Notes: generated from the letters alone by a model not told the origin. DNA of 64,000 bases from an uncultured Armatimonadia bacterium (GCA_963749155.1 CAVVLO010000002.1:864001-928000); one strand, 5' to 3'; positions 18,547-28,693 are shown, counted from the stretch's first letter. Numbers and translations: made by a program.

Positions 18547-20407
18547 CCGGCGCTTCGGCAGCCTCCAGTTTGCCGTCGCGGTAGATCAAGTGGTTGGCCA
18601 GAGTGTCGTCCACATAGACCGCGATATCGGCTTCTCCGAGCCACGAGATGTCCTGGCTGAAAGAGGTGCCTGGATTGTGATAACTCTGATAAGGCACATG
18701 AAGGCCGTCGGCATCGAAAACTTCGACCCTCACACTATGCATACCTACATGGCCGGCCGGGAGTCCCACATTGACAGTTGCGGTGACGGCCTCTTTATCC
18801 GAGGTTGTCCCAGAAGGGCTGCGACCTGTGGAAATAAACAAATCGACTGGAGCACCGGTTTTCGCCCGCATCTTGGGCGCGGGGATCTGTGCCATCACAA
18901 GGCCTGCGCCAACCTCATCTTTGGAGGGAGCGCGCACCACTCGACCAGGCTTCAGCCCAGCGCGCTCAAGCATTGAAGAGGCGTCTTCTTCCTCTTTCAA
19001 AGACACGTCAGGCACCTGGGTAAGCTCAGGTCCGGCGCTTACGGTAAGCTGGACTATCTTCCTGCCCGCCTTTACCCGCGCGCCTGCTGGCGGGTCGGTG
19101 CTGAGCACCGTGTTGGGAGGTTGCTCTTCATCGAAGCTGGTTGCGGCAAGGGTTGAATCCAGTTTGGCGGCCTTCAAGAGTTGCCCTGCCGTCTCAGCGT
19201 CCAGTCCGACCAGCTGCGGGACGTCAACCTCGGGCGGAGAACTCAGCTCATACCACTTGATAGCTACGAGCCCAATGACCAGCGCAAGCAATACCATTAT
19301 CCCAGCCGCACAGCCAAACTGCATCACTGGATTGGTTGGGCGCGAAGGCCGATGGGCGTCTTCGACCTCAGGTTCAGGCTTAAGGGAAAGCGCATCTGGT
19401 GGCAGTGTCTCATCCTGACGAGCGGTAGATATAACCCCCTGGCGCACTCTGCGCCGGTCTCCCACCTGCTCGGTTGGACGCGGTGGAGTGGCACTGTCGC
19501 GAGGGGCTGGCTCTACTTTCGGTAATTTGGAAGTGTCTTCATCACGTTGGACGGGCGTGGCTCCTGCGTCCGCCAGGGGAACCCCTTCGCCGGCCAGGGC
19601 GTCCAGAGCTCGCAAAGCCTCGTCAACCGAGGCATAACGTTGCTCGGGGTCCATCACCAGGCACCGGCGCAGCACTTCTTCCATCCCTGCGGAAAGAGGT
19701 ATCCCTTTTGCCGAGGGGGGCTCAATTGGGTGCGCCTTCAGCTTTACTGCGACCTCGGTGACAGTTTCGCCCACTACAGGAGGCACTCCGGTCAGCATCA
19801 GGTAGAGCAAGGCGCCGAAGCCATAGAGGTCACTGGCCACAGTTGCAAAAGGTTTAACCAGCAATTCGGGGGCGGAGAAAGAGCGTCCCTCATCGGCCAG
19901 CGCGCGTTTGGCCTCTGGATACAGGGCCACGGCGTTGGCAGCGCCCGCCCAGAGCAGCTTGGGATGCAGGTTGTCATCGAGCCAGATGGTTTCGGGCCGC
20001 AGGTCGCCGTGCAGGATGTCGGCCTCATGAAGCGCGCGGAGCGCCCGAGCCAGTCCCCGCGCAACAGTCAGCGCCTGCCGTTCTTTAAGCCGGCCCCCTG
20101 GAGCGTTCTCTAGAACCTTGCTCAGATTCCATCGAGGCAGCTCTTCGGTCACCACTACGAAATTGTCATCCAGCCGGCGGGCCATCTGCAACTTGGGCAG
20201 TGATATATGCTGTACGGTCGAAGCGAGCCTTACAGCTTCCAGCAGACCTGAAGCCAGCGCCTTGTCCTGTGCCCAACGACTGCGCAGCACATGAATAGTG
20301 CAAGGTCGGCGAAACAGCAAATCTGTGCCACTGTAGGTGCTCATCAGCACGTCCTGCAGCAACAATTCGCTGGTCTCGAAGCGTTTTTTTAGCGCGTCGT
20401 TACCCAT
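18536..20407 (-). CDS. PknB-like Ser/Thr (pseudo)kinase with TM and two PASTA domains
   Basis: Kinase fold (HGDLRPET, SAPE, SDLYGFG, LTGVPP), TM, PASTA repeats (VDVPQLVG, QVPDVS). Catalytic motifs are degenerate. Confidence 0.85.
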   Translation of the reverse strand: MGNDALKKRFETSELLLQDVLMSTYSGTDLLFRRPCTIHVLRSRWAQDKALASGLLEAVRLASTVQHISLPKLQMARRLDDNFVVVTEELPRWNLSKVLENAPGGRLKERQALTVARGLARALRALHEADILHGDLRPETIWLDDNLHPKLLWAGAANAVALYPEAKRALADEGRSFSAPELLVKPFATVASDLYGFGALLYLMLTGVPPVVGETVTEVAVKLKAHPIEPPSAKGIPLSAGMEEVLRRCLVMDPEQRYASVDEALRALDALAGEGVPLADAGATPVQRDEDTSKLPKVEPAPRDSATPPRPTEQVGDRRRVRQGVISTARQDETLPPDALSLKPEPEVEDAHRPSRPTNPVMQFGCAAGIMVLLALVIGLVAIKWYELSSPPEVDVPQLVGLDAETAGQLLKAAKLDSTLAATSFDEEQPPNTVLSTDPPAGARVKAGRKIVQLTVSAGPELTQVPDVSLKEEEDASSMLERAGLKPGRVVRAPSKDEVGAGLVMAQIPAPKMRAKTGAPVDLFISTGRSPSGTTSDKEAVTATVNVGLPAGHVGMHSVRVEVFDADGLHVPYQSYHNPGTSFSQDISWLGEADIAVYVDDTLANHLIYRDGKLEAAEAPDEP

Positions 20408-20416
20408 CTCTGGCCC

Positions 20417-21514
20417 TCACTCGGGCAGATATCGATCGAGTACCTTTTCCAGCAGGACTGGGTCGGCACCGATACGAACCTCCGACTGGCCCAGGCCAGT
20501 TGGGAGGACTAACTTCAACTCACTTCCAAGGCGCTTCTTATCCTTCGCCATCTTGCCTAGTATTGCCTGCCTGGATAGCCCAGTTACCTCGGTGGGAAGG
20601 CGCAGCTTTCTGAGCAAGGCAGCCAGCCTGTCAGCGAGTCCTGCAGGGCCTGTCCCTTCCAGTTCGGCATAAGTCGAAGCCATAAGCATACCGAGGCCGA
20701 CCGCCTCGCCATGCAGCAGGCCAGAATAATCAAGCGCTGCTTCCAGCCCATGAGCAAAAGTATGACCAAAATTGAGCAACTGGCGCACACCGAAGTCTCG
20801 TTCGTCTTCCGCAACAACGCGAGCCTTGATGGCAATTGAACGATAGACCAGTTCTTCCAGCAACTCCGATTCACCCGCAAGAGCCGCCTCGGTCTGGTTT
20901 TCTAGCAGTTCGAAAAGAGAGAAATCTTCAATCAGGCCGTATTTCACGACTTCTGCCAGCCCATTGGAGAGCTGCCGCGCAGGTAAAGTAGCCAGGGTTG
21001 AGGTATCGGCTACCACCAGCCTGGGTTGGGCAAAAACGCCGACAAGGTTTTTGCCGCCAGCATGGTCGATTGCCACCTTGCCCCCTACGCTGGCATCAAC
21101 CTGAGCAAGCAAGGTAGTTGGACACTGCACGAAGTCGACGCCACGCATCAGGGTAGCGGCTACAAATCCCCCCAGATCGCCGACAACACCGCCCCCCAGA
21201 TTAACTATAAGACTGCCCCGATCCAGTCCAGCCGAGAGAAAAACCTCCAGGGCGCGGCCATATTCGGCCAGGGTCTTGTGTTCTTCTCCGGGGAGCAGTA
21301 AATGGACAGCGATAGGTACGCCAATTGACGCCAGGCTGGCCTTTGTTGGTTCTCCCCAGTGAGACCAGATGTGGCGATCAGATAAAACTCCAATAGCCGA
21401 ATAATTGCCAAGCCTGGATATCTCCTCTGCAAGTTGCAGAAGCGCGCCAGGCCCTGTCAACACCTCGTAGGAGGCGGACTCAACCGAAACGGAAATCCGG
21501 CGGAGTTCACTCAT
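20417..21514 (-). CDS. aroB: 3-dehydroquinate synthase
   Basis: GGGVVGDLGGF, PTTLLAQVDASVGGK, LNFGHTFAH, HGEAV. Confidence 0.96.
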   Translation of the reverse strand: MSELRRISVSVESASYEVLTGPGALLQLAEEISRLGNYSAIGVLSDRHIWSHWGEPTKASLASIGVPIAVHLLLPGEEHKTLAEYGRALEVFLSAGLDRGSLIVNLGGGVVGDLGGFVAATLMRGVDFVQCPTTLLAQVDASVGGKVAIDHAGGKNLVGVFAQPRLVVADTSTLATLPARQLSNGLAEVVKYGLIEDFSLFELLENQTEAALAGESELLEELVYRSIAIKARVVAEDERDFGVRQLLNFGHTFAHGLEAALDYSGLLHGEAVGLGMLMASTYAELEGTGPAGLADRLAALLRKLRLPTEVTGLSRQAILGKMAKDKKRLGSELKLVLPTGLGQSEVRIGADPVLLEKVLDRYLPE

Positions 21515-22040
21515 CGGCAATCCAACCTCTTAATCGTAGCTCCTCAACCAGGCGTTGAGAGGTCTGTTTCGGCGCAGATGCGTCGGTAGCGAGAGTAACA
21601 TCAAGCCCTTCATACAGGGGCGCTCGCTCGGTCAGCAGCTTCCGCACCTGCTCAGCTCTGTCCTCAGCCTCGAGCAAAGGACGCTTGCTATCTCGCCCCG
21701 TCCGGTCCAAAATTGTTTGCTCCGAAGCAAGCAACCCTACAGTCAGGCCTGTCCGGCTCATCACCTGGCGGTTCTCTTCGCTGAGGACAAGTCCGCCCCC
21801 ACAAGCGACAACCTGACCCGACTGCCTGGCGACTTCCAGCAGGGCTTCAGTTTCCAAGGCGCGGAAATAAGGCTCGCCGCGTTCTTCAAACAGAGAAGCA
21901 ATCGTATGCCCAGTCTTGTGTTCGATGACCGAATCAAGGTCTACCAGAGGCCAATCAAGCTGTCGAGCAAGTATACGGCCGATAGTGCTCTTGCCGGTAC
22001 CCATAAAACCGCACAGGTAGATATTGCCTCGGGGCGTCAT
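21507..22040 (-). CDS. aroK: Shikimate kinase
   Basis: GFMGTGKST, GEPYFRALE, CGGG, RPLL. Start at MTPRGN. Confidence 0.95.
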   Translation of the reverse strand: MTPRGNIYLCGFMGTGKSTIGRILARQLDWPLVDLDSVIEHKTGHTIASLFEERGEPYFRALETEALLEVARQSGQVVACGGGLVLSEENRQVMSRTGLTVGLLASEQTILDRTGRDSKRPLLEAEDRAEQVRKLLTERAPLYEGLDVTLATDASAPKQTSQRLVEELRLRGWIADE

Positions 22041-22041
22041 C

Positions 22042-23229
22042 TCAGAACCAGTCCAGTCTGGCGCAGGCAGCCAGATACGCCTCGTGCCGCTCTCGTATTT
22101 CGGACAGGGAATCTCCCCCGTATTTTTCGAGTAAGGCATCCGCGAGCACAAGCGCCATCATTGCCTCGGCTACGACTGCGGCTGCCGGCACGGCGCATAC
22201 ATCGGACCGCTCTGAATGGGCTGCCGATGTCTCTTTGGTGCGCAAGTCGACCGAGGGAAGGGGTTTCATCAAAGTGGGGATAGCCTTCATAGTGCAACGC
22301 GCGACGACAGGCTGCCCATTGGAAAGGCCCGCTTCCAGCCCCCCGGCGTTATTACTGGCTCGGGTGATCCGCCAACCTTCACCGACTGATTCAAGTCCAA
22401 TCGGATCGTGAGCCTCGCTGCCTGGGAGACCACCAAAATCGATGCCAGCGCCGATTTCGACAGCCTTGGTGGCTTGCACACTCATCAAAGCGCCTGCGAG
22501 CCTGCCGTCAAGGCGCCCTTCCCAACTTGCATATGAGCCAAGGCCAGGCGGCACGCCCAAGGCGGCCACGACAAACTGCCCGCCCAGGCTGTCTCCGCCC
22601 TCTTTGGCCGCGTCAATGGCCTTTTCCATCTCGAGAGTCTTCTCCGGGGAAGGACAGCGAGTTGAGCCTGTTTCAGCCAGCTCGAAGAGAGTGCCCAGAT
22701 CTTCCTCGCAAAAAGTGGCTTCGACTGGGCCAATCCTGGTGACGAAACTCCCGATGCTGATACCAAACTCGGCTAGCAGAGCCTTGGCAAGCGCTCCAGC
22801 AGCAACTCGGCCTGCAGTCTCGCGCGCGCTGGTGCGCTCAAGGACATCGCGAAGATCGTCGAAATGGCATTTGAGAGCGCCAGCCAAATCACCGTGACCA
22901 GGTCTCGGTACAGTGAAAGCGCGACTGGCTTCCCCCTCTGGATTGGCCTCAGGCCCGACTACCTCGCGCCAGTTCTCATAATCTCGGTTCTTGATGAACA
23001 ACACGACAGGAGTGCCAAGGGTACGTTCACCACGAAGCCCAGCAAGCACCTCTGCCGTGTCCTGCTCCAAAGCCATCCGACCGCCACGCCCATATCCTTG
23101 CTGACGCCTGGCAAGCTGAGCCTCGAGGAAGTTCTTGCTGATATGAAGCCCGGCAGGCAGTCCCTCGACCAGGCAGGTGATACCCGGCCCGTGCGATTCT
23201 CCGGCAGTCGTCATCTTCAGACGAGACAT
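22042..23229 (-). CDS. aroC: Chorismate synthase
   Basis: TAGESHG, PRPGHGD, ERTSARETA, NNAGGLEAG, ERSDVC. Confidence 0.97.
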   Translation of the reverse strand: MSRLKMTTAGESHGPGITCLVEGLPAGLHISKNFLEAQLARRQQGYGRGGRMALEQDTAEVLAGLRGERTLGTPVVLFIKNRDYENWREVVGPEANPEGEASRAFTVPRPGHGDLAGALKCHFDDLRDVLERTSARETAGRVAAGALAKALLAEFGISIGSFVTRIGPVEATFCEEDLGTLFELAETGSTRCPSPEKTLEMEKAIDAAKEGGDSLGGQFVVAALGVPPGLGSYASWEGRLDGRLAGALMSVQATKAVEIGAGIDFGGLPGSEAHDPIGLESVGEGWRITRASNNAGGLEAGLSNGQPVVARCTMKAIPTLMKPLPSVDLRTKETSAAHSERSDVCAVPAAAVVAEAMMALVLADALLEKYGGDSLSEIRERHEAYLAACARLDWF

Positions 23230-23240
23230 CAGACTCTCCC

Positions 23241-23275
23241 AAAAGAAGCGGCACCACCTTGCAAGGTGGCGCCGC
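23241..23275 (-). terminator. Terminator-like hairpin between pilQ and aroC
   Basis: GCGGCGCCACCTT-GC-AAGGTGGTGCCGC followed by TTCTTTT. Confidence 0.7.
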
Positions 23276-23308
23276 GTCGCTCACTAGTTCAACAAGGGTT
23301 GCTGCAAT

Positions 23309-24976
23309 CTACTGCATCAAGGCCTCGCGGTACTTCTCGGTCGTCTCGTCCCGCAGGATCTCCGGGGTCAGGAAGATCAGCAGCTCCGTGTCCACGAATT
23401 CGGTCGTCTTCGAGGTGAACAGCCGCCCGATCAAAGGCAGATCGCTCAGGATAGGCGTCTTGCGGATCGACTCCTGCTTGTTCTGCGTGATCAGCCCGCC
23501 CAGTACGATCGTCTCGCCGTCCTTCACTCTCATATAGCTGCTTACGCTACGCGAGGCGATGATCGGCTGCGTCTGCCCGTCCGGGCCTGTCGCCGTTCCT
23601 ACCACTTCTTCGATGTCCGGCTCCACGTACACCGTAATCGAGTCGTCCCCGTTGATCCGCGGCAGCACATACAGATAAGTCGAAACGTCGGTTGTCTCCA
23701 GTTCGTAGTCCACCTGGCGCTGACCGAACTCGTTGTACGTCACGCTCGCGGTCCAGTAGGGATATTCCGTCGTGAAGTCCACTTCTGCCTCGAAGTTGTT
23801 GATGGTCGCGACTCGCGGAGCGTTGATTACTCGCCCGCGTCCCTGCGACTTCAGCGCCGCCAGCGTTGCCCGGAAGTTCCCCTTCGCATACTTTACCGAA
23901 GTGTTCTGGCTGCCTGGCGCGCCCAGGATGGATACGTCCAGCTCTCCGCCATTGAAGAAACGCCAGTCGATACCGAAAGACTCCGTGTCGCTGGTGCTCA
24001 CCTCGAGGAACTCCGCCGTGATAAGTACCTGCTTGGGCGGGATGTCCATCAGTTTCACCAGCTCGCGGAACTGGTCGATCCCTTCCCGCGTCCCGCTGAT
24101 GATTACCGCGTTTTCGATGTCATAGGCCATTGGCGCCGAGACTCCAGCCGGCAAAAGGTCGGTCATACCGTACCCGCCGCCGCCCATTCCGCCACCGCTC
24201 TGGCCGAAGCCGCCGCTCTGCCGACCGCCAGTGCCCTGGTAGTTGCCCCCGCTCTGGCCGCTCCGACCGCTCTGGCCACTGCTGCTGCGGCCGCCAAACT
24301 GGCCATATACGCCCACGGTCCCGCCGCCGCTGCTGTCCCCGCCGTAGACGTTGCCCCCGCCTTTGCTCTCGCCGCGGCGACTCGCCAGGAACTGGTGGCT
24401 GAAGGTCTCCCCGCCCGCCATATAAGCCAGCAAGTCCCGACAGTCAATGTAGCTCAGCCGCAGCTTCTCCGTCACGATCTCCGCCGAGGGAGGCGCGCTG
24501 ATCCCCATCGGATAAGCCGACGGCTCAGGCACGTTCGCCCCGGTGCCGAACAGCAGGCCCATCAGGTCCTGCCCGGCTGGCACATAGGCCGGCGACACAT
24601 CGCTGCTGGCCGCGGCAATTGCCTCGCGCACAGGCATATCCGCCGCTACCGGCTCGGCCGGCTTCAGCCCTACGATGTAGGCGTCGGCTTCTTTGGTCCA
24701 ACTGAATCCTGTCTGCGCCAGGATTAGCTCAAGGGCCCGCTCCAGCGGCACGTCGTACAGGCTTACCGTTACCCGCCCGGCGACTCCGTCCTGGATTACG
24801 ATCTGCTGCCCGCTTTCCTGGGCCATCAGCAGCAATACTTCCTGCAGGTCCGCGTCTTTCATGTCCACTGACACGTTCCCGCCGGCTGCCATTACGATTA
24901 CGCTTGCCAGCAGAAGGCCTGCTATCACAAGCCCAGTTACCCTGGCTCCAAACTGCCGCTTCCCTCTCAGGCTCAT
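23309..24976 (-). CDS. pilQ: Secretin (PilQ/GspD family) with STN domain and Gly/Ser/Gln-rich loop
   Basis: Signal peptide, STN, DIPPKQVLITAEFLE, NAPRVATINN, DGETIVLGGLI, PILSDLPLIGRLF, ELLIFLTP. Confidence 0.9.
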   Translation of the reverse strand: MSLRGKRQFGARVTGLVIAGLLLASVIVMAAGGNVSVDMKDADLQEVLLLMAQESGQQIVIQDGVAGRVTVSLYDVPLERALELILAQTGFSWTKEADAYIVGLKPAEPVAADMPVREAIAAASSDVSPAYVPAGQDLMGLLFGTGANVPEPSAYPMGISAPPSAEIVTEKLRLSYIDCRDLLAYMAGGETFSHQFLASRRGESKGGGNVYGGDSSGGGTVGVYGQFGGRSSSGQSGRSGQSGGNYQGTGGRQSGGFGQSGGGMGGGGYGMTDLLPAGVSAPMAYDIENAVIISGTREGIDQFRELVKLMDIPPKQVLITAEFLEVSTSDTESFGIDWRFFNGGELDVSILGAPGSQNTSVKYAKGNFRATLAALKSQGRGRVINAPRVATINNFEAEVDFTTEYPYWTASVTYNEFGQRQVDYELETTDVSTYLYVLPRINGDDSITVYVEPDIEEVVGTATGPDGQTQPIIASRSVSSYMRVKDGETIVLGGLITQNKQESIRKTPILSDLPLIGRLFTSKTTEFVDTELLIFLTPEILRDETTEKYREALMQ

Positions 24977-25027
24977 CTTCAGTCTCCTTCTCCGATCTGC
25001 CTTGCGTCAGTCAGGCAGCAGGGCTGC

Positions 25028-25729
25028 CTACCAGCTGCTCGAGCTGCTGTTGCTGTTGCGGTTAGAGTTGCTGTTGCGATTGTTGTTGTCGTCATTGTTG
25101 TTGCGGTTGTTGCTGTTGCTGTTGTTGCTGTTGTTGTTGCCGTAGCTGCCACCGCCGCCGCCACCCGCGTAGTCCATCATGCGAGTCTCGATGACGTCCC
25201 CGCCGAACATGTAGGCGATGTCGATTGCATCCGCAAAGTATACTGGCACTTTCTCGGTGACGTAGTTCTCGGTCTGGTATTCCTCAAGGAAGCCAACACC
25301 CGTCGCGCCAAGCGTGGGGAGCGGCTCCTTGGGACTAATCATTATCGGGCGCGCTATCTGCTGATCCTGAGGCACGCTCATAGCGATTACCTCGCGCAGG
25401 CTGGCAGCGGCAAGAGAGGACTCTTTCGGCTTGTAGATGCTGAAGATGCCCCCCTCGAGGGTGTATTGCAACCCAAGCTGATTCAGCACCTGCTCAATGG
25501 CAACACGCGCAGGCACGTCTATCAATACCAACGAGCCTATGCGCCCTCGGACCTCGGGTGCGAGCACATAGTTAAGATCAGCGGATTTGGCGATCATCTC
25601 AATTACATCGCGTACATCCGCATCCTTCACGTTCAGGCTAACCAGGGTGTTCTCGTCGGCGCTAGCTACCAGGCCGAAAGCGAGGGTTGCCACCAAAGCC
25701 AACAAGATGAACAGTCCGGTTACTCTCAC
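25028..25729 (-). CDS. Stand-alone secretin N-terminal (STN) domain protein with Asn/Ser-rich tail
   Basis: GAGGTG RBS, GTG 25729; signal peptide; VSLNVKDADVRDVIEMIA...; no beta-barrel. Confidence 0.75.
   Translation of the reverse strand: MRVTGLFILLALVATLAFGLVASADENTLVSLNVKDADVRDVIEMIAKSADLNYVLAPEVRGRIGSLVLIDVPARVAIEQVLNQLGLQYTLEGGIFSIYKPKESSLAAASLREVIAMSVPQDQQIARPIMISPKEPLPTLGATGVGFLEEYQTENYVTEKVPVYFADAIDIAYMFGGDVIETRMMDYAGGGGGGSYGNNNSNNSNSNNRNNNDDNNNRNSNSNRNSNSSSSSW
25032..25165. repeat. Degenerate (AAC/AGC)n trinucleotide tract encoding GGGGGGSYGNNNSNNSNSNNRNNN...SSSSS
   Basis: Run of TGT/TGC units on the plus strand. Confidence 0.8.
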
Positions 25730-25782
25730 TGGAGTCACCTCTTTCCGCCGCCAGGCGGAAATATGATTGCAGCTCACTTTGC

Positions 25783-26676
25783 TTATCTGATACCGGGCAT
25801 GTTGCCCATTCCCGGCATTGGGAAACCGCCAGCCATACCAGGAGCGCCTGCTCCGGGCATCATTGTGGGACCGGGCATCATCCCGCCGCCCATCATTGGC
25901 ATACTGAAGCCACCCATCCCTGTGCCGCCCGTACCAGCCGACCGACGCAAGGACTGCCATTCTTCAAGGCTCATAATGGGGATGCGCCTTATTTCTTTGG
26001 TCTTCATATCACGCAGAGTCGCCTGGCTTGGCGTGATAGCGATAAGCTCTTCATTATCGATTATATCACCGGGTCTCAGCACCAGGGATTCAGTACTACC
26101 ATCGGCTGCGACACGCTCGAGGATGGCGTAATCTTTGCCACCCCAGATAAGACCAGCGACACGCGCATTAGGCGCGGCGCCCTGCTCAGGCAGGGAAGGC
26201 CTGATTGTACCCGCATAACGCTGCGGAGAGTCCATGCGATGGCTCATATACCACAAGGTCGGATCTATCTTGGGCACTCTGGTCATCGCGAAAGGAGCGA
26301 ACGGATCGCGCCTGGAAGGCTCAATTGGGTCGACACTCGGTCCACCCATAGCCGGCGGGCCGGCTGAAGGGCCTGCGCCACCTGCGGCCGGGGCTGCGCC
26401 AGGCATCGGCATACCGCCGGGCATTGAAGCACCACCTGGCATCATTCCGCCAGGAGCAGCTCCAGGCGCCATGCCGGGCCCCATTGGTGGAATGCTGGGC
26501 GCGCCGCCGGGACCAGTGCCACCAGGCGCTCCACCTGGTGCGACCGCAACTGGCCCACCAGATGAGGAAGCCGTTTCATCCCCCTTATTGCAGCCCGTCA
26601 CAAAAAGGACCGTCATTAGGAGAACGGCTAACATCAAGCCTGTCAGTGCAAATTGTCTGTTCTGCTGCTCTGTCAT
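25783..26676 (-). CDS. PilP-like lipoprotein with Met/Pro/Gly-rich regions
   Basis: Lipobox VTGC; RRDPFAPF; RVAGLIW...AILE...LRPGDII beta domain; located between pilO-like and pilQ. Confidence 0.65.
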   Translation of the reverse strand: MTEQQNRQFALTGLMLAVLLMTVLFVTGCNKGDETASSSGGPVAVAPGGAPGGTGPGGAPSIPPMGPGMAPGAAPGGMMPGGASMPGGMPMPGAAPAAGGAGPSAGPPAMGGPSVDPIEPSRRDPFAPFAMTRVPKIDPTLWYMSHRMDSPQRYAGTIRPSLPEQGAAPNARVAGLIWGGKDYAILERVAADGSTESLVLRPGDIIDNEELIAITPSQATLRDMKTKEIRRIPIMSLEEWQSLRRSAGTGGTGMGGFSMPMMGGGMMPGPTMMPGAGAPGMAGGFPMPGMGNMPGIR

Positions 26677-26757
26677 CGAGCCTGCCTCCCGGGGGCCTGA
26701 ACCAGGCCTTGCCAGCGCATCACGAAAACCACGGGCTCGTGGCGATAGTCCTTAAGG

Positions 26758-27830
26758 CTACTCGTCATCTCCACCACTGCTAGCTGCGCCAGGCGTTGGA
26801 CCGGGCATTGGCCCTGCCGCACCAGGCATTGGGCCAGCTGGGGTGCCTGGCGTACCTGGCATCAACGAAGGCACTCCACCCGATATAGACAAGCCTGCGC
26901 CAGGTGCTACTCCCGGAGCTCCAGGGGCGCCACCTGCAGCTGGGGCACCGCCGCCAGCCGAGGTACCCTCGACGAGATAGTAGATAGTGGCTTCAGGCAC
27001 AGTCACAGTTACGCGGCTTGTCTTCCGCGGCAACTCGGTGTAACCAGCAAGAAGCCCCATTATTTTGTCCATATCCGCGCCTTCCGCAGATATCGATATC
27101 CGGTCAAAGGTAATGAGACGATCGAACTTGTCAGCGGCTGAGGCAAAGGTCCTCATCGCATCGCGGTAGACGCCATGCACGGTGAGCACATTGCCTACTA
27201 TGGAGACGGAATTGGCGCCGCCTGCTGCTGCACCGCCCATACCGGGCATCCCCATACCGCCAGGCATCGGACTCGCGTACCAGGCATCGGACTTGCCATA
27301 CCGGGCATTGGACCTGCCATACCAGGCATCGCCATACCGCCACCGCCGCCGCTGCTGCCTCCACTGCGCATCTTGATTTCGACAAGCTCGCTGGCAAGGG
27401 TAGCCGGGGCCATATTCACAGGCCCACGGCCAGTGACTCCACCCAAGGTAACGGAGGTTGGGAAAGTCACAAGCGCGGTGTCCTTCAGACGTGACTGCCA
27501 GTTATCGAAAGCATTAGGCAGTCCATACATGGACTCATACCGAAGGCCCAGTGCTGCGATCTGAGGCTCGCTGGCGCTGATAGGGGGGAACTTTGCTGCC
27601 CTCAATTTAATGAACTCGCGTTGAACCACCGTTAGTTTGGCCTGGGCCTCCTCACGCTGGCTCTCATAATAGGGCAGCTGCGCGATGGCCTCTTTATATT
27701 CCTCGACCTCGGCAGTTGCATCGGCAATCTGCAGCTGAAGCGGCTGGTTATATTTGGTGTGCCAAAAATAACCAAGTACGCCAAGCACTATAATGCCGAG
27801 TATAGCTACGTAGATTGCTTTGAATCGCAT
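26758..27830 (-). CDS. PilO-like protein (-1 frameshift near 27278)
   Basis: N-terminal TM plus coiled coil; C-terminal LTVHGVYRDAMRTF...FDRLITFDRISI. The two ORFs join in the MPG(T)ASPMPG repeat. Confidence 0.6.
27235..27340. repeat. ~21-bp imperfect tandem repeat encoding (M-A-[S/G]-P-M-P-G)n
   Basis: CAGGCATCGGACT(C/T)GC units seen about four times. Confidence 0.7.
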
Positions 27831-27906
27831 AGACTACGCCTCGCTTCTGACGGGTCTCTCAATCAACTTCCTGGATCGAACCTGGGAAGCATAAAAAAGG
27901 CTCCCG

Positions 27907-28693
27907 TTACTCTTCCAGATCAACGTCATCTTTAGAACTGCCGCCACCTGCGGGGGCTGAGGGCGCTGGTGCAGCTCCTCCGCCACCTGGGGGCGTGGGC
28001 ATAACTGGGCCCATACCGCCAGGACCAGGACCAGCCATTCCGGGACCGGCCATTCCAGGAGCCGCCGCACCAGGGGCCGCCGCCGCGGCCGCGCCAGGGG
28101 CTGCCGGCTTCCTCAAGGGTTCTTTCAGTGCAGCCGTAAACCTGAACGCAATGGTTTCCAGCTCGCCATTTACCATTGCATTGTTGAGCATATCGCCGGT
28201 TTCTACAATCGCCGCGTTAGATGAACCTGCGAGCGTGGTGTTGGTCACCGCAGGACACCTGATGAAATTGAAATAGAACCGGGCCATATGCCTTACGCTC
28301 TTGGCGTAACCGTCGATACTTATCTGGGTGCCATCGCAGTCCAGACGCTTGACGACGGCATCCGAGGACACATAAGGGAATATGCGCTCTATGGCCTCTT
28401 GCCATTTCCGGTTGTAATCCATGAGGTCATTGGCGTAAGTGACCCGAACCTCATAAGGCTGGATTTGGCCCTTGACTCGCTCAAGTTCGGCCTTGGCGGC
28501 ATCGGCCTCGGCCTTGGCGCCAGCGAGCGATGCAAGCTCAGTCTTCCTTGGCAGCCAAAGCGCTGTTGCCCTGCTTCATCAGCAGGCCGAAGATGGCCAG
28601 TTCGACGATAATCAGGACCAGGAAAACGAGCAAGAAGGTTTTGATCTTCTTGCGTTCCCTAATGTAGTCGGGCAGGAGATCTAACCTGATCAA
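27907..28693 (-). CDS. pilN: PilN-like protein (+1 frameshift near 28545)
   Basis: TTG 28693 gives MIRLDLLPDY (PilN INLLP motif), TM, coiled coil; joins MDYNRKW...ISIDGYAKS. Confidence 0.7.

Noticed and set aside
25032..25165. Trinucleotide tract as a CRISPR array or phase-variation locus; ORF 24979..25164 (poly-Thr/Ala)
   Set aside because: No repeat-spacer structure. It is an in-frame low-complexity coding tail, and the other ORF is its alternative frame.
25730..25960. N-terminal extensions in the ORF track (also aroK to 22151, sulfatase to 12683, pilB to 53246, 2793 gene to 3428)
   Set aside because: They overlap upstream genes or promoters; better starts with an RBS and family-typical N-termini lie downstream.
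27235..27340. 21-bp repeats as a possible mini-CRISPR
   Set aside because: Contiguous codon-phased repeats with no spacers and no cas genes.
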